Below are positions 15,658 through 23,747 of a stretch of 24,000 bases of DNA, piece after piece. Position numbers and translations under genes: made by a program. Position 1 is the first letter of the stretch. Every line of letters begins with the position of its first letter. Under the pieces are notes generated by a model. That model ran no database searches, was not told where the DNA came from, and saw only the letters and a list, made by a program, of their open reading frames with translations. The stretch spans positions 567,839 through 591,838 of the forward strand of contig NZ_FUZT01000001.1 of assembly GCF_900167445.1 (NCBI RefSeq). Reading direction: 5' to 3'. The stretch is from Maledivibacter halophilus (GTDB taxonomy: Bacteria > Bacillota > Clostridia > Peptostreptococcales > Caminicellaceae).

Positions 15658-16461
15658 ATGGTAAGAAAAAGAAGGGAATTAAGTAGTACAGGAATATATC
15701 ATATAATGATAAGAGGAAATGAAAAAAGAAATATATTTCTTGACGATGATGATAGAGAAAAATTTATTAACATACTATTTGATAAGAAAAAAGATAATGA
15801 ATATAAGCTTTATGCATATTGTTTGATGAACAATCATGTTCATTTACTATTAAAAGAGGAAAAAGAGGATATATCTAGAAATATGAAAAGAATAAATATA
15901 AGCTATGCATATTATTTCAACAAAAAATATGAAAGAGTAGGACATGTATTCCAAGATAGATTCAAGAGTGAAACAGTAGAGGATGATATATACTTATTGC
16001 AAGTAATAAGATATATACACAATAATCCAGTAAAAGCTGGAATAGTAAAAAGCCCTTTAAAATATAAATGGAGTAGTTATAGTTCATATACTTCAAAGGG
16101 TTATAATAAAAATAGTATAGTAGATAATAATTTTATATTGCTGATGTTCTCAAAAAATAAAAGAGAAGCAGTAAAACTATTTATAGAATATTCATTACAA
16201 GAAAACGAAGATGTTTTTATTGATGAAAGAAAAAAAGAAAAGAAGAAAAAAATTATATTGACTGAAAAAGCAGCAAGAGATTTTATAGATAAGTTTTTAA
16301 ACAAAAATAATTTAAAATTAGATGAAATAAGAAATAAGGAAAATAAAAAGTTAAGAAATGAGTTAATTTTAGAGTTGAGAAAAAAATCAAATTTGTCAAT
16401 TAGAAATATTTCTAGTTTATTAAAAATCAGTAGGGGCGTTGTGCAAAATGTGAAAACATGA
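15658..16461 (+). CDS. IS200-like / REP-associated (RayT-like) Y1 tyrosine transposase with a C-terminal HTH-like region (267 aa)
   Basis: ATG 15658 is preferred over the track's GTG 15649 because of SD GAAGGTG 7 nt upstream. Motifs: TGIYHIMIRGNEKRNIF, HUH motif NNHVHLLL, QDRFKS and the catalytic-Tyr context VIRYIHNNPVKAG. Confidence 0.85.
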   Translation: MVRKRRELSSTGIYHIMIRGNEKRNIFLDDDDREKFINILFDKKKDNEYKLYAYCLMNNHVHLLLKEEKEDISRNMKRINISYAYYFNKKYERVGHVFQDRFKSETVEDDIYLLQVIRYIHNNPVKAGIVKSPLKYKWSSYSSYTSKGYNKNSIVDNNFILLMFSKNKREAVKLFIEYSLQENEDVFIDERKKEKKKKIILTEKAARDFIDKFLNKNNLKLDEIRNKENKKLRNELILELRKKSNLSIRNISSLLKISRGVVQNVKT

Positions 16462-16498
16462 CAAGGAACCGTCCCCTGTCACGCGAAGGAGTGTATAC

Positions 16499-17644
16499 AT
16501 GAATAATAAGAATTTAGCAGGTTTTTTATGGAACTTTGTTCTTTTCCTGGGCTTTTTTAGCTTTGTGAGTAGTTTTATATCTCCTATTAAATTTATCAGC
16601 AATACTATAAGTGGAGTTTTTATTATTACTTTATTTTTTATACCCTATCTTAAAAGACCTAATATATGGACTAAGATTATAATGTTAGTTGGTTTTACAT
16701 ATATATTAAGTCTTTTTTTAGATAGAATTTATCCAATAAACTCTTTTATAATAGTTATATTTAAATTAATTTCTATAGTTTTAGCTTTAGGTATCTTTTT
16801 TACAAATTTATTTTTTCCAAGGGTTTTTAATTGTGAAGAAAAGATTAAAGATAGTAAGGATAATGAATTTATTTTACCTCCTAAGCCCTACAGAAAACAT
16901 CCCATTAGAAGCAATATAATATATTTTTTAACACAGTATATATTGATTTTTATAAATCCTATTCAGTTATATCAGAATATATTTGCTTTAATTGGTTCCT
17001 TAATAGCCGAATTAAGAAAAATCAAAACAAATTTTTCTCCTAAGGATTTTAATAGTAGTGTAGAATATCATCTCCCTTTTTCTGGAGAATGGATAGTTGT
17101 AAGTGGAGGTATAAACCAAGAAGATTCTCATTCATGGAATGTTATAAATCAAAGGTATGCCTATGATTTTGTAAAAATTGATTCTAATAAATCCACCCAT
17201 ACAAGAAGCGGAAAAAATTTAAATGATTATTATTGTTACGGTAAGCCTGTGCTAGCACCAGCAGAAGGAAGGGTAGTTGCTGTAAAAGGAAATGTTTGTA
17301 ATGCTAAAAATCCTGGAACCATGTGGATCGATTTTTTAGCAAGGGATTTTCGTGGAAACTATGTTATTATAAAACATGCTGAAAAAGAATATTCCTTTAT
17401 GGGTCATTTTATTCCAGGTAGTATTATGGTTAAAAAAGGGGAATTTGTAGGAAAGCATCAAGTAATAGGTCAATGCGGAAATTCTGGATATTCAACAGAG
17501 CCCCACCTTCATTTCCATTTACAGGATCATCCCAATTTTTATCTAGCAATAGGATTACCGATAAAGTTTAAAAACTTAAAAATAGAAGGTGAAAAATTTA
17601 AAGAAGCTTATATAAAAAGGGGAGAGAAGGTAGAGATTGAATGA
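16499..17644 (+). CDS. Membrane-anchored M23 (LytM-type) metallopeptidase
   Basis: SD AAGGAG (16486-16491) lies immediately after the element's right end. N-terminal multi-TM region. M23 motifs SHSW...AYDF and GNSGYSTEPHLHFHL. The stop TGA (17642-17644) is the first three bases of mini-element 1. Confidence 0.85.
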   Translation: MNNKNLAGFLWNFVLFLGFFSFVSSFISPIKFISNTISGVFIITLFFIPYLKRPNIWTKIIMLVGFTYILSLFLDRIYPINSFIIVIFKLISIVLALGIFFTNLFFPRVFNCEEKIKDSKDNEFILPPKPYRKHPIRSNIIYFLTQYILIFINPIQLYQNIFALIGSLIAELRKIKTNFSPKDFNSSVEYHLPFSGEWIVVSGGINQEDSHSWNVINQRYAYDFVKIDSNKSTHTRSGKNLNDYYCYGKPVLAPAEGRVVAVKGNVCNAKNPGTMWIDFLARDFRGNYVIIKHAEKEYSFMGHFIPGSIMVKKGEFVGKHQVIGQCGNSGYSTEPHLHFHLQDHPNFYLAIGLPIKFKNLKIEGEKFKEAYIKRGEKVEIE

Positions 17645-17913
17645 CAAAGGACGGTTCTTTGTCATTCTTTTGCTATTATGGTATAAATAAGGTTTAGATA
17701 AAGGTGTGAAGCAAAGGGTAAGAAAAAGAAGGGAATTAAGTAATACAGGAATATATCATATAATGATAAGAGGAAATGAAAATAAGAAAAAAATCATATT
17801 GACTGAAAAAGCAGCAAGAGGTTTTATAGATAGGTTTTTAAACAAAAATAATTTAAAATTAGTAGGGGAGTTGTGCAAAATATGAAAACATGACAAAGAA
17901 TCGTCCCCCGTCC
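17642..17913 (+). mobile_element. Non-autonomous deletion derivative (MITE-like) of the Y1 element, copy 1
   Basis: Left end TGACAAAGGACGGTTCTTTGTCA (17642-17664). Degenerate right end TGACAAAGAATCGTCCCCCGTCC (17891-17913). The interior equals the full copy minus about 15730-16245 and about 16321-16429. The transposase ATG is mutated to AGG. Confidence 0.85.
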
Positions 17914-17941
17914 CCTAATATTAAGGAAAGGAGCAAATAAA

Positions 17942-18616
17942 ATGAAAAAATCATTATTTGCGACATTAATTCTATGTATGATTTTCATCTCAATGATCGG
18001 AGGAAGTGCTTTTGCTGATAACGATACAAAATTAGTGTTAGATATGGGAATACTGCAAATTGAAACAAATTATGATGTCCATAACACAATTGTTTCATAC
18101 GAAGAATCGTGTAATAAAGTTGTTGCTATTATTAGAGATAGGGAGACTTTTAAAATTATTGATAAATATGAGCAACTTGTAATTGAAGATCCTTTAACAC
18201 AGGAAATTAATATTTTAAGAAGTGGATACTTAACAGTTCCCTTAAGAAGAGAATATAATCCTACTTCTAGTAATACAACTACTATTACTGCCTTGATAGA
18301 AACTAAACTATATAAAGAGACAATACTTGGACAGGTAGTTTACACATTGATTGATGTTAATGATTATGATCATTATTTGTCAGGAAGTAAACCTTTTGAA
18401 TTAGAAAATAAATATACTAGTATACAAAAGCAAACATCATCATATTGTGATCTTAACATAACTGGTACTATGAAAGCCACAAAACAACAGGCTACATCAG
18501 CAGGACTTTCATTTGAATTCTTGGACGGTTTAGGGTTTGGTATGTCAGGTGAGTCAACTAGCCCGTGGCATGCAAGATTAGCATATAATGGTTCTGTGAG
18601 AATAACTGTTGATTAA
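17942..18616 (+). CDS. Secreted protein of unknown function (224 aa)
   Basis: SD AAAGGAG before the ATG. Signal peptide MKKSLFATLILCMIFISMIGGSAFA. No family recognised. Confidence 0.7.
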   Translation: MKKSLFATLILCMIFISMIGGSAFADNDTKLVLDMGILQIETNYDVHNTIVSYEESCNKVVAIIRDRETFKIIDKYEQLVIEDPLTQEINILRSGYLTVPLRREYNPTSSNTTTITALIETKLYKETILGQVVYTLIDVNDYDHYLSGSKPFELENKYTSIQKQTSSYCDLNITGTMKATKQQATSAGLSFEFLDGLGFGMSGESTSPWHARLAYNGSVRITVD

Positions 18617-18628
18617 ATTTAATTTATA

Positions 18629-18899
18629 TGACAAGGGACGGTTCTTTGTCATTCTTTTGTTGTTATGGTATAAATAAGGTTTAGATAAAGGTGTGAAGCA
18701 AAGGGTAAGAAAAGGAAGGGAATTAAGTAGTACAGGAATATATCATATAATGATAAGAAGAAATGGAAAAAGAAAAAAATTATATTGACTGAAAAAGCAG
18801 CAAGAGATTTTATAGATAGGTTTTTAAACAAAAATAATTTGAAATTAGTAGGGGCGTTGTGCAAAATGTGAAAATATGACAAAAAACCGTCCCCTATCA
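18629..18899 (+). mobile_element. Non-autonomous deletion derivative of the Y1 element, copy 2
   Basis: Left end TGACAAGGGACGGTTCTTTGTCA (18629-18651). Right end TGACAAAAAACCGTCCCCTATCA (18877-18899). It has the same two deletion junctions as copy 1, and the ATG is mutated to AGG. A TATCACG tandem duplication lies at 18895-18908. Confidence 0.85.
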
Positions 18900-18938
18900 C
18901 GTATCACGTAGAAGCCTTTCTTTGATTTATTTTGTCCC

Positions 18939-18971
18939 ATCTTAATAGAATCTTAAGAAAATCTTCAAGTT
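18939..18971 (+). promoter_or_regulatory. Three tandem 11-bp units upstream of ddl (candidate OmpR-family response-regulator site)
   Basis: ATCTTAATAGA (18939-18949), ATCTTAAGAAA (18950-18960) and ATCTTCAAGTT (18961-18971). TATAAT hexamers lie at 19002-19007 and 19013-19018, neither with a good -35. Confidence 0.35.
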
Positions 18972-19048
18972 TTCCATAAGGATTTTAGGATTTTAAACCT
19001 CTATAATAAAACTATAATCAATTAACTAATGAAGGAGGAAAAGGAAAT

Positions 19049-20131
19049 ATGAAAGTTGATGTTTATGTACTTTATGGAGGAAAATCTGTGGAGCATGAGG
19101 TATCTTTACTAACTGCTTTATCTATTATTAATGCTTTAAATAAAGAGAAGTACAATGTATATCCTATTTACATTACAAAGAATGGGATTTGGTATAATAA
19201 AGGACTTGTAAGGGAGACAATAAAGGATGTAGGGGAGTTAAAGAATTTTTCTACAAAATCTATTTTAAAATCTATAGCTGAAGATTTTTTGAAGAAAATA
19301 AAAGCTAATACCAGAACTGTTATTTTTCCTGCTTTACATGGAACAAATGGTGAAGATGGAACAATTCAAGGGCTTTTAGAGCTTTTGGATGTGCCTTATG
19401 TAGGCAATGGAATTATGGCATCGGCAGTAGGTTTTGATAAAGCCATGACGAAGGAATTATTTTCAAAGGCTAATGTGCCCCAAGCTCAATATGAAATTTT
19501 AGATTATCAAGAATGGATAAAAAGTGAAAAAGACAGCTATGTAAGATTAGAGGAGGCAATTGGTTATCCCTGCTTTGTAAAGCCCGCAAGATTAGGGTCA
19601 AGTGTAGGTATTAATCGCTGTGGAAACATAGAAGAATTAAAAGAAGCAATTAATGAAGCCTTTTTTTATGATATCAAGCTAGTTATTGAAAAAGAAATCA
19701 TTGGGAGAGAGATGCAAATATCAGTTATTGGCAATGAAAGCCCTAAAAGCTCTGTAATAGGAGAGTTTATACAGGAAAAACCCTTTATGGATTACTCAGC
19801 TAAGTACCTTGATGGAAAGCTTATTCCTGTTATACCAGCAAGGCTGTCAGATGAAATTACTTCTAAAATGCAGGAAACAGCTCTTAAAATCTTTAAACTT
19901 TTAAATTGTAATGGTTTGGCAAGAGTAGATTATTTCGTAAGCCATAATGATAAGTTTTTTGTTAATGAAATTAACACCATGCCAGGATTTACAAAGGCTA
20001 GTATGACACCTGTTCTATGGGAGAAAACAGATGGAACCTCCTATCAACAGCTTATAGAGAAGCTCATAGAATATGCCTTCGAACGCCATGAGAAAAAAGG
20101 AACATTGCTATATGATAGGAGGATAATATGA
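19049..20131 (+). CDS. ddl: D-alanine--D-alanine ligase
   Basis: SD GAAGGAGG. Motifs GGKSVEHEVSL, KPARLGSSVGI and NEINTMPGFT. The omega-loop reads DYSAKY, with the Tyr of the D-Ala-D-Ala type retained. Confidence 0.92.
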   Translation: MKVDVYVLYGGKSVEHEVSLLTALSIINALNKEKYNVYPIYITKNGIWYNKGLVRETIKDVGELKNFSTKSILKSIAEDFLKKIKANTRTVIFPALHGTNGEDGTIQGLLELLDVPYVGNGIMASAVGFDKAMTKELFSKANVPQAQYEILDYQEWIKSEKDSYVRLEEAIGYPCFVKPARLGSSVGINRCGNIEELKEAINEAFFYDIKLVIEKEIIGREMQISVIGNESPKSSVIGEFIQEKPFMDYSAKYLDGKLIPVIPARLSDEITSKMQETALKIFKLLNCNGLARVDYFVSHNDKFFVNEINTMPGFTKASMTPVLWEKTDGTSYQQLIEKLIEYAFERHEKKGTLLYDRRII

Positions 20132-21522
20132 TTAAACGAAAATTAAAAGATATTGAGAGAATGGTTAAGGGTAATGGATTAGATGAAAAAGGAGAAAGTT
20201 TCTGGATAGAAGGGGTTTCAATAGATACAAGAAGTATTAAAACCAATCAGCTCTATATCCCCATAAAGGGGGAGAGATTTAATGGCCATGATTTTATTGA
20301 AGAAGCGATAAAAAAGGGAGCTGCAGCTGCTCTATGGAGTAAAGATGAACCAACTAAAACAAAAGACTTTCCATTAATTTTTGTAGATGATACATTATTA
20401 GCTATTCAAGAATTGGCGAGGCAATATCGAAAGGAATTGCCTGTAAAGGTAATTGGCATTACAGGAAGTAATGGAAAAACTTCAACTAAGGACATTTTAG
20501 CTAGTATTTTAAAGACAAAATATAAAACCCATAAGACCCTTGGAAATTTAAACAATCATTTAGGAGTGCCTCTAACATTATTACAAATGAAAGAGGATGC
20601 GGAGGTAGCAGTAATAGAGATGGGTATGTCAGCCTTAGGGGAAATAGAAACCTTATCTAATATTGCCTTACCCGATATTGGAGTTATAACCAATTCAACC
20701 AATGTACATATCAATACTCTGGGTTCTGTAGAGAATATCCTTAAGGCTAAGCTAGAAATAGTATCAGGATTAAAGGAGGATGGGCTATTGGTATACTTAG
20801 GGGATAGCTTACCCTTGCATAAGGGTGTAGAAGGTCTTAATCTGACACAGAGAAAAGAAACCTTTGGAACTAAGCTAAATAATGATTATGCTGTAGAATT
20901 TACATCACTTAATAAAAAAGGAATCTGCTTTGAATTAAAAAAGCCTGTTTGTAGAAATTTTTTCTTGTCCATGTTTGGTAAAAACCAGGTTTATAATGGA
21001 GCTGCTGCTATTGCAGTGGCTAGATACCTTAATGTCCCCTATAACTTAATTGAGAAGGGATTGTCTATGGTAGATAGTACAGGAATGAGAAATGAGCTGA
21101 TTCATAGTGCCGGATTTGATATTTTAAATGATGTCTACAAGTCAAATCCTATAAGCTTAAGAGCTGCATTAGAAACCATATATTCCTTCAAGGGATATAA
21201 TAAAAAGATCGTTGTCCTTGGAGATATGATAGGGACTGGGGAAAATGAAGTGGGGATACATGAAAAGATAGGTGAAGATATTAGATCAGATGAAATAGAT
21301 TATGTTTTTACAATAGGAAAATTAGCTGAGCATATTGCTGTAAAAGCTAAAATTAGGCTTGGAGATAATAAAGTTTTTTCATTTAATAAGAAGAAGGACT
21401 TATTAAAAAACTTAAAGGAAGTGATAAATAAAGATACTATTATATTGGTAAAGGGCTCTAGAGGACTGCATTTAGAAGAGGTTGTGGATAACTTAAAGGA
21501 CTTTACACCTATAATATCTTAA
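20128..21522 (+). CDS. murF: UDP-N-acetylmuramoyl-tripeptide--D-alanyl-D-alanine ligase
   Basis: ATGA overlap with the ddl stop; SD AGGAGG. Mur-ligase P-loop GITGSNGKTSTKD. Length and order (ddl-murF) are as in many Firmicutes. Confidence 0.9.
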   Translation: MIKRKLKDIERMVKGNGLDEKGESFWIEGVSIDTRSIKTNQLYIPIKGERFNGHDFIEEAIKKGAAAALWSKDEPTKTKDFPLIFVDDTLLAIQELARQYRKELPVKVIGITGSNGKTSTKDILASILKTKYKTHKTLGNLNNHLGVPLTLLQMKEDAEVAVIEMGMSALGEIETLSNIALPDIGVITNSTNVHINTLGSVENILKAKLEIVSGLKEDGLLVYLGDSLPLHKGVEGLNLTQRKETFGTKLNNDYAVEFTSLNKKGICFELKKPVCRNFFLSMFGKNQVYNGAAAIAVARYLNVPYNLIEKGLSMVDSTGMRNELIHSAGFDILNDVYKSNPISLRAALETIYSFKGYNKKIVVLGDMIGTGENEVGIHEKIGEDIRSDEIDYVFTIGKLAEHIAVKAKIRLGDNKVFSFNKKKDLLKNLKEVINKDTIILVKGSRGLHLEEVVDNLKDFTPIIS

Positions 21523-21620
21523 TAGTATAGGTGACAGATAAGCCTTTTACTTATACCTAAAATAGTATAAAATAATGAAGATAAATAATAAAAAATTATT
21601 GGAAAGGGTATATGTAAAAA

Positions 21621-22328
21621 ATGGTGGAAAGAAATAAAATATTAATTATAGATGATGAAAAGGAAATTGCAGATTTAGTGGGAATTTACTTGATGAATGA
21701 AGGTTATAGTGTATTAAAAGCCTATACTGGCAAAGAAGCATTGGAAACTTTAGAAAAGGAGGCTATTGATTTAGCGATTCTTGACATTATGATGCCAGGG
21801 ATTGACGGTCTTGAAGTATGTAGAAGGATACGTAAAGATAAGAATATACCTATTTTGATGTTAAGTGCTAAGTCGGAAGATATAGACAAAATTCTTGGCT
21901 TGACAACAGGAGCCGATGACTATTTAACAAAGCCCTTTAACCCCTTAGAATTAATTGCAAGGGTTAAATCTCAGCTAAGGAGATATTTATATTTAAATCC
22001 TAAAAATTCTAGGGAAACCTATGAAAAGGATGAAATTGTTTGTAAAGGTTTAACTATAAATAAAGCTATACATACCGTAACACTATTTGATAATATTGTA
22101 AACCTGACACCTATCGAGTTTGATATCCTACTATTACTGGCTAGTAATCCTGGAAAGGTATATACAGTTGATGAAATATTTCATATAGTATGGAAGGAAG
22201 ACTATTTAGAGTCAGATAATACGGTTAGAGTACATATTAGGAAAATTCGAGAAAAGATAGAAAGTGACTCCAAAAACCCTTTATTCATTAAAACGATATG
22301 GGGGGTAGGCTATAAATTTGAAGATTAA
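21621..22328 (+). CDS. OmpR-family response regulator, VanR-like
   Basis: Receiver ILIIDDEKEIADL...DLAILDIMMPGIDG...GADDYLTKPF. Winged-helix C-terminus TVRVHIRKIREKI...IKTIWGVGYKF. By eye it closely resembles VanR-type regulators. Confidence 0.88.
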   Translation: MVERNKILIIDDEKEIADLVGIYLMNEGYSVLKAYTGKEALETLEKEAIDLAILDIMMPGIDGLEVCRRIRKDKNIPILMLSAKSEDIDKILGLTTGADDYLTKPFNPLELIARVKSQLRRYLYLNPKNSRETYEKDEIVCKGLTINKAIHTVTLFDNIVNLTPIEFDILLLLASNPGKVYTVDEIFHIVWKEDYLESDNTVRVHIRKIREKIESDSKNPLFIKTIWGVGYKFED

Positions 22329-23424
22329 AATGATAAAGAGTATAAGATGGAAAATCCTATTTGTTTTTATTATAAGTATTTTAGCAGCTTCAATTACAGT
22401 AGTTGGATTGATATTATTTGCTTTGGCTTTGGGTAGGAATTTTAAACTCTTTTATGATATTCTTAAATTACTATATGATACAATAGGGGTTTTACCTTTA
22501 GGAGTATTGGCAGGAATTTTATTTTTTATTATTTACTTCTTTCTATTAAGTCAAAAAACTATTCGTTATTTAGAGGAAATTACTCAAAGCTTAGACTTAA
22601 TAGCAAAGGGGAATTTTGATGTTGAAATTCCCATCAAGTCAAATAATGAATTAGGAGTATTAGCAGCAAATATTAACCTTATGGCTAGTCAAATAAAGAA
22701 GTCTATTGAAGAAGAAAGAAATGCGGAGAAAAAGAAAAATGAATTGGTTACAGGTGTATCCCACGATTTACGCACCCCTTTAACCTCTATTTTAGGCTAT
22801 TTAGGGTTAATTGTTAATGACCAATATAAAGACGAGATTGTACTTCGATATTATATTGATATTGCCCATACTAAGGCATTGCATTTAAAGGGCTTGATTG
22901 ACCAACTTTTTGAGTATACCCGTGTAAGCTACGGAGGAATGAAGGTTGAAATGAAGAAGGTGAATCTAGTAGAGCTTATGGAGCAGTTAATTGAGGACTT
23001 TGCTCCTTCAATGCAAGAAAAAAATATGAAGTGTCAATTACAGGTTTCTAATGAAAGCATTTTTGTTTGGATAGATCCCAATCTAATGGTTAGAGTATTT
23101 GAAAATCTAATTTCAAATGCTATCCGCTATGGCCACAAGGGCAAAGCTATAGATATAGAAATAGATGAGGAAAAAGATACTGTAGTCAAAGTAATTAATT
23201 ATGGAGAGCTAATAGAGTCCCAGGAATTACCCTATTTGTTTGAAAGGTTTTATAGAGTAGAAAAATCCCGTTCTAAAGAATCCGGTGGGACAGGATTGGG
23301 GTTGGCTATTGCAAAAAATATAGTAGATTTACATAACGGAGAAATCAAAGCTTATAGTAGTTTAGAGCGTACAGTTTTTGAAGTAAGGTTAAGGAGAAAT
23401 AAAAGAAAGTTACTAGTAGTATGA
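22318..23424 (+). CDS. Sensor histidine kinase (2 TM, HAMP, HisKA, HATPase), VanS-like
   Basis: TTG 22318 follows a G-rich SD (22300-22309); ATG 22330 is an alternative start. H-box VSHDLRTPLTSILGYLGL, N-box FENLISNAIRYG, G-box GGTGLGLAIAKNIV. Confidence 0.88.
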   Translation: MKIKMIKSIRWKILFVFIISILAASITVVGLILFALALGRNFKLFYDILKLLYDTIGVLPLGVLAGILFFIIYFFLLSQKTIRYLEEITQSLDLIAKGNFDVEIPIKSNNELGVLAANINLMASQIKKSIEEERNAEKKKNELVTGVSHDLRTPLTSILGYLGLIVNDQYKDEIVLRYYIDIAHTKALHLKGLIDQLFEYTRVSYGGMKVEMKKVNLVELMEQLIEDFAPSMQEKNMKCQLQVSNESIFVWIDPNLMVRVFENLISNAIRYGHKGKAIDIEIDEEKDTVVKVINYGELIESQELPYLFERFYRVEKSRSKESGGTGLGLAIAKNIVDLHNGEIKAYSSLERTVFEVRLRRNKRKLLVV

Positions 23425-23431
23425 TTACATA

Positions 23432-23692
23432 TGACAAGGGACGGTTCTTTGTCATTGTTTTGTTGTTATGGTATAAATAAGGTTTAGATGAAGGTGTGAA
23501 GCAAATGGTAAGAAAAAGAAGGGAATTAAGTAGTACAGGAATATATCATATAATGATAAGAAGAAATGAAAAAAAGAAAAAAATCATATTGACTGAAAAA
23601 GCAGCAAGAGATTTTATAGATAGGTAATAATTTAAAATTAGCAGCGGCGTTGTGCAAAATGTGAAAACATGACAAAGAACCGTCCCCTGTCA
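23432..23692 (+). mobile_element. Non-autonomous deletion derivative of the Y1 element, copy 3
   Basis: Left end TGACAAGGGACGGTTCTTTGTCA (23432-23454). Right end TGACAAAGAACCGTCCCCTGTCA (23670-23692). It has the same two junctions as copies 1 and 2, plus an extra deletion of about 11-12 bp. The ATG is retained. Confidence 0.85.
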
Positions 23693-23709
23693 CGGTATAG
23701 AAAAGTAAT

Positions 23710-23737
23710 AATCCCTAGATCAATAGAACCAGGGATT
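23710..23737 (-). terminator. Candidate terminator of the minus-strand gene at the right edge
   Basis: AATCCCT (23710-23716) pairs with AGGGATT (23731-23737). On the minus strand the stem is followed by ATTACTTTT. It lies just downstream of the stop at 23748-23750. Confidence 0.45.
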
Positions 23738-23747
23738 GGATATTAAA

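Larger units (their letters stand above)
15585..16481 (+). mobile_element. Autonomous IS200/RayT-like element (Y1 HUH transposase) with hairpin-forming terminal inverted repeats
   Basis: Left end TGACAAGGGACGGTTCTTTGTCA (15585-15607). Right end TGACAAGGAACCGTCCCCTGTCA (16459-16481). The ends are near reverse complements of each other, and each is itself an imperfect palindrome. The element encloses an intact transposase gene. Confidence 0.8.

Noticed and set aside
16101-16602. Antisense ORFs of 67 and 60 aa across the transposase 3' end and the element's right end
   Set aside because: They lie opposite the intact transposase and M23 genes, and they cross the element boundary.
18649-18900. 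83-aa antisense ORF spanning mini-element 2
   Set aside because: It is created by the repeat sequence. The equivalent frames in the other copies are not conserved as ORFs.
19049-20131. ddl next to VanRS-like genes read as a vancomycin-resistance (D-Ala-D-Lac or D-Ala-D-Ser) ligase
   Set aside because: The omega-loop reads DYSAKY, with the Tyr characteristic of D-Ala-D-Ala ligases. The EHEVS and GSSVG motifs are standard. No vanH, vanX, vanY or vanT genes are present, and ddl-murF is a common housekeeping pair.
20064-20246. 60-aa antisense ORF over the ddl/murF junction
   Set aside because: Shadow ORF opposite two strongly supported genes.
23505-23627. 40-codon ORF in mini-element 3, a fusion of transposase fragments
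   Set aside because: The corresponding ATG is AGG in mini-elements 1 and 2, so no conserved peptide is encoded. It is most likely a by-product of the deletions.
15585-23692. The four dispersed repeats read as a CRISPR array or an integron cassette array
   Set aside because: The units are 260-900 bp and derive from a transposase gene. The 'spacers' between them are whole genes or operons of 0.7-4.5 kb. No cas or integrase (IntI) gene is present.
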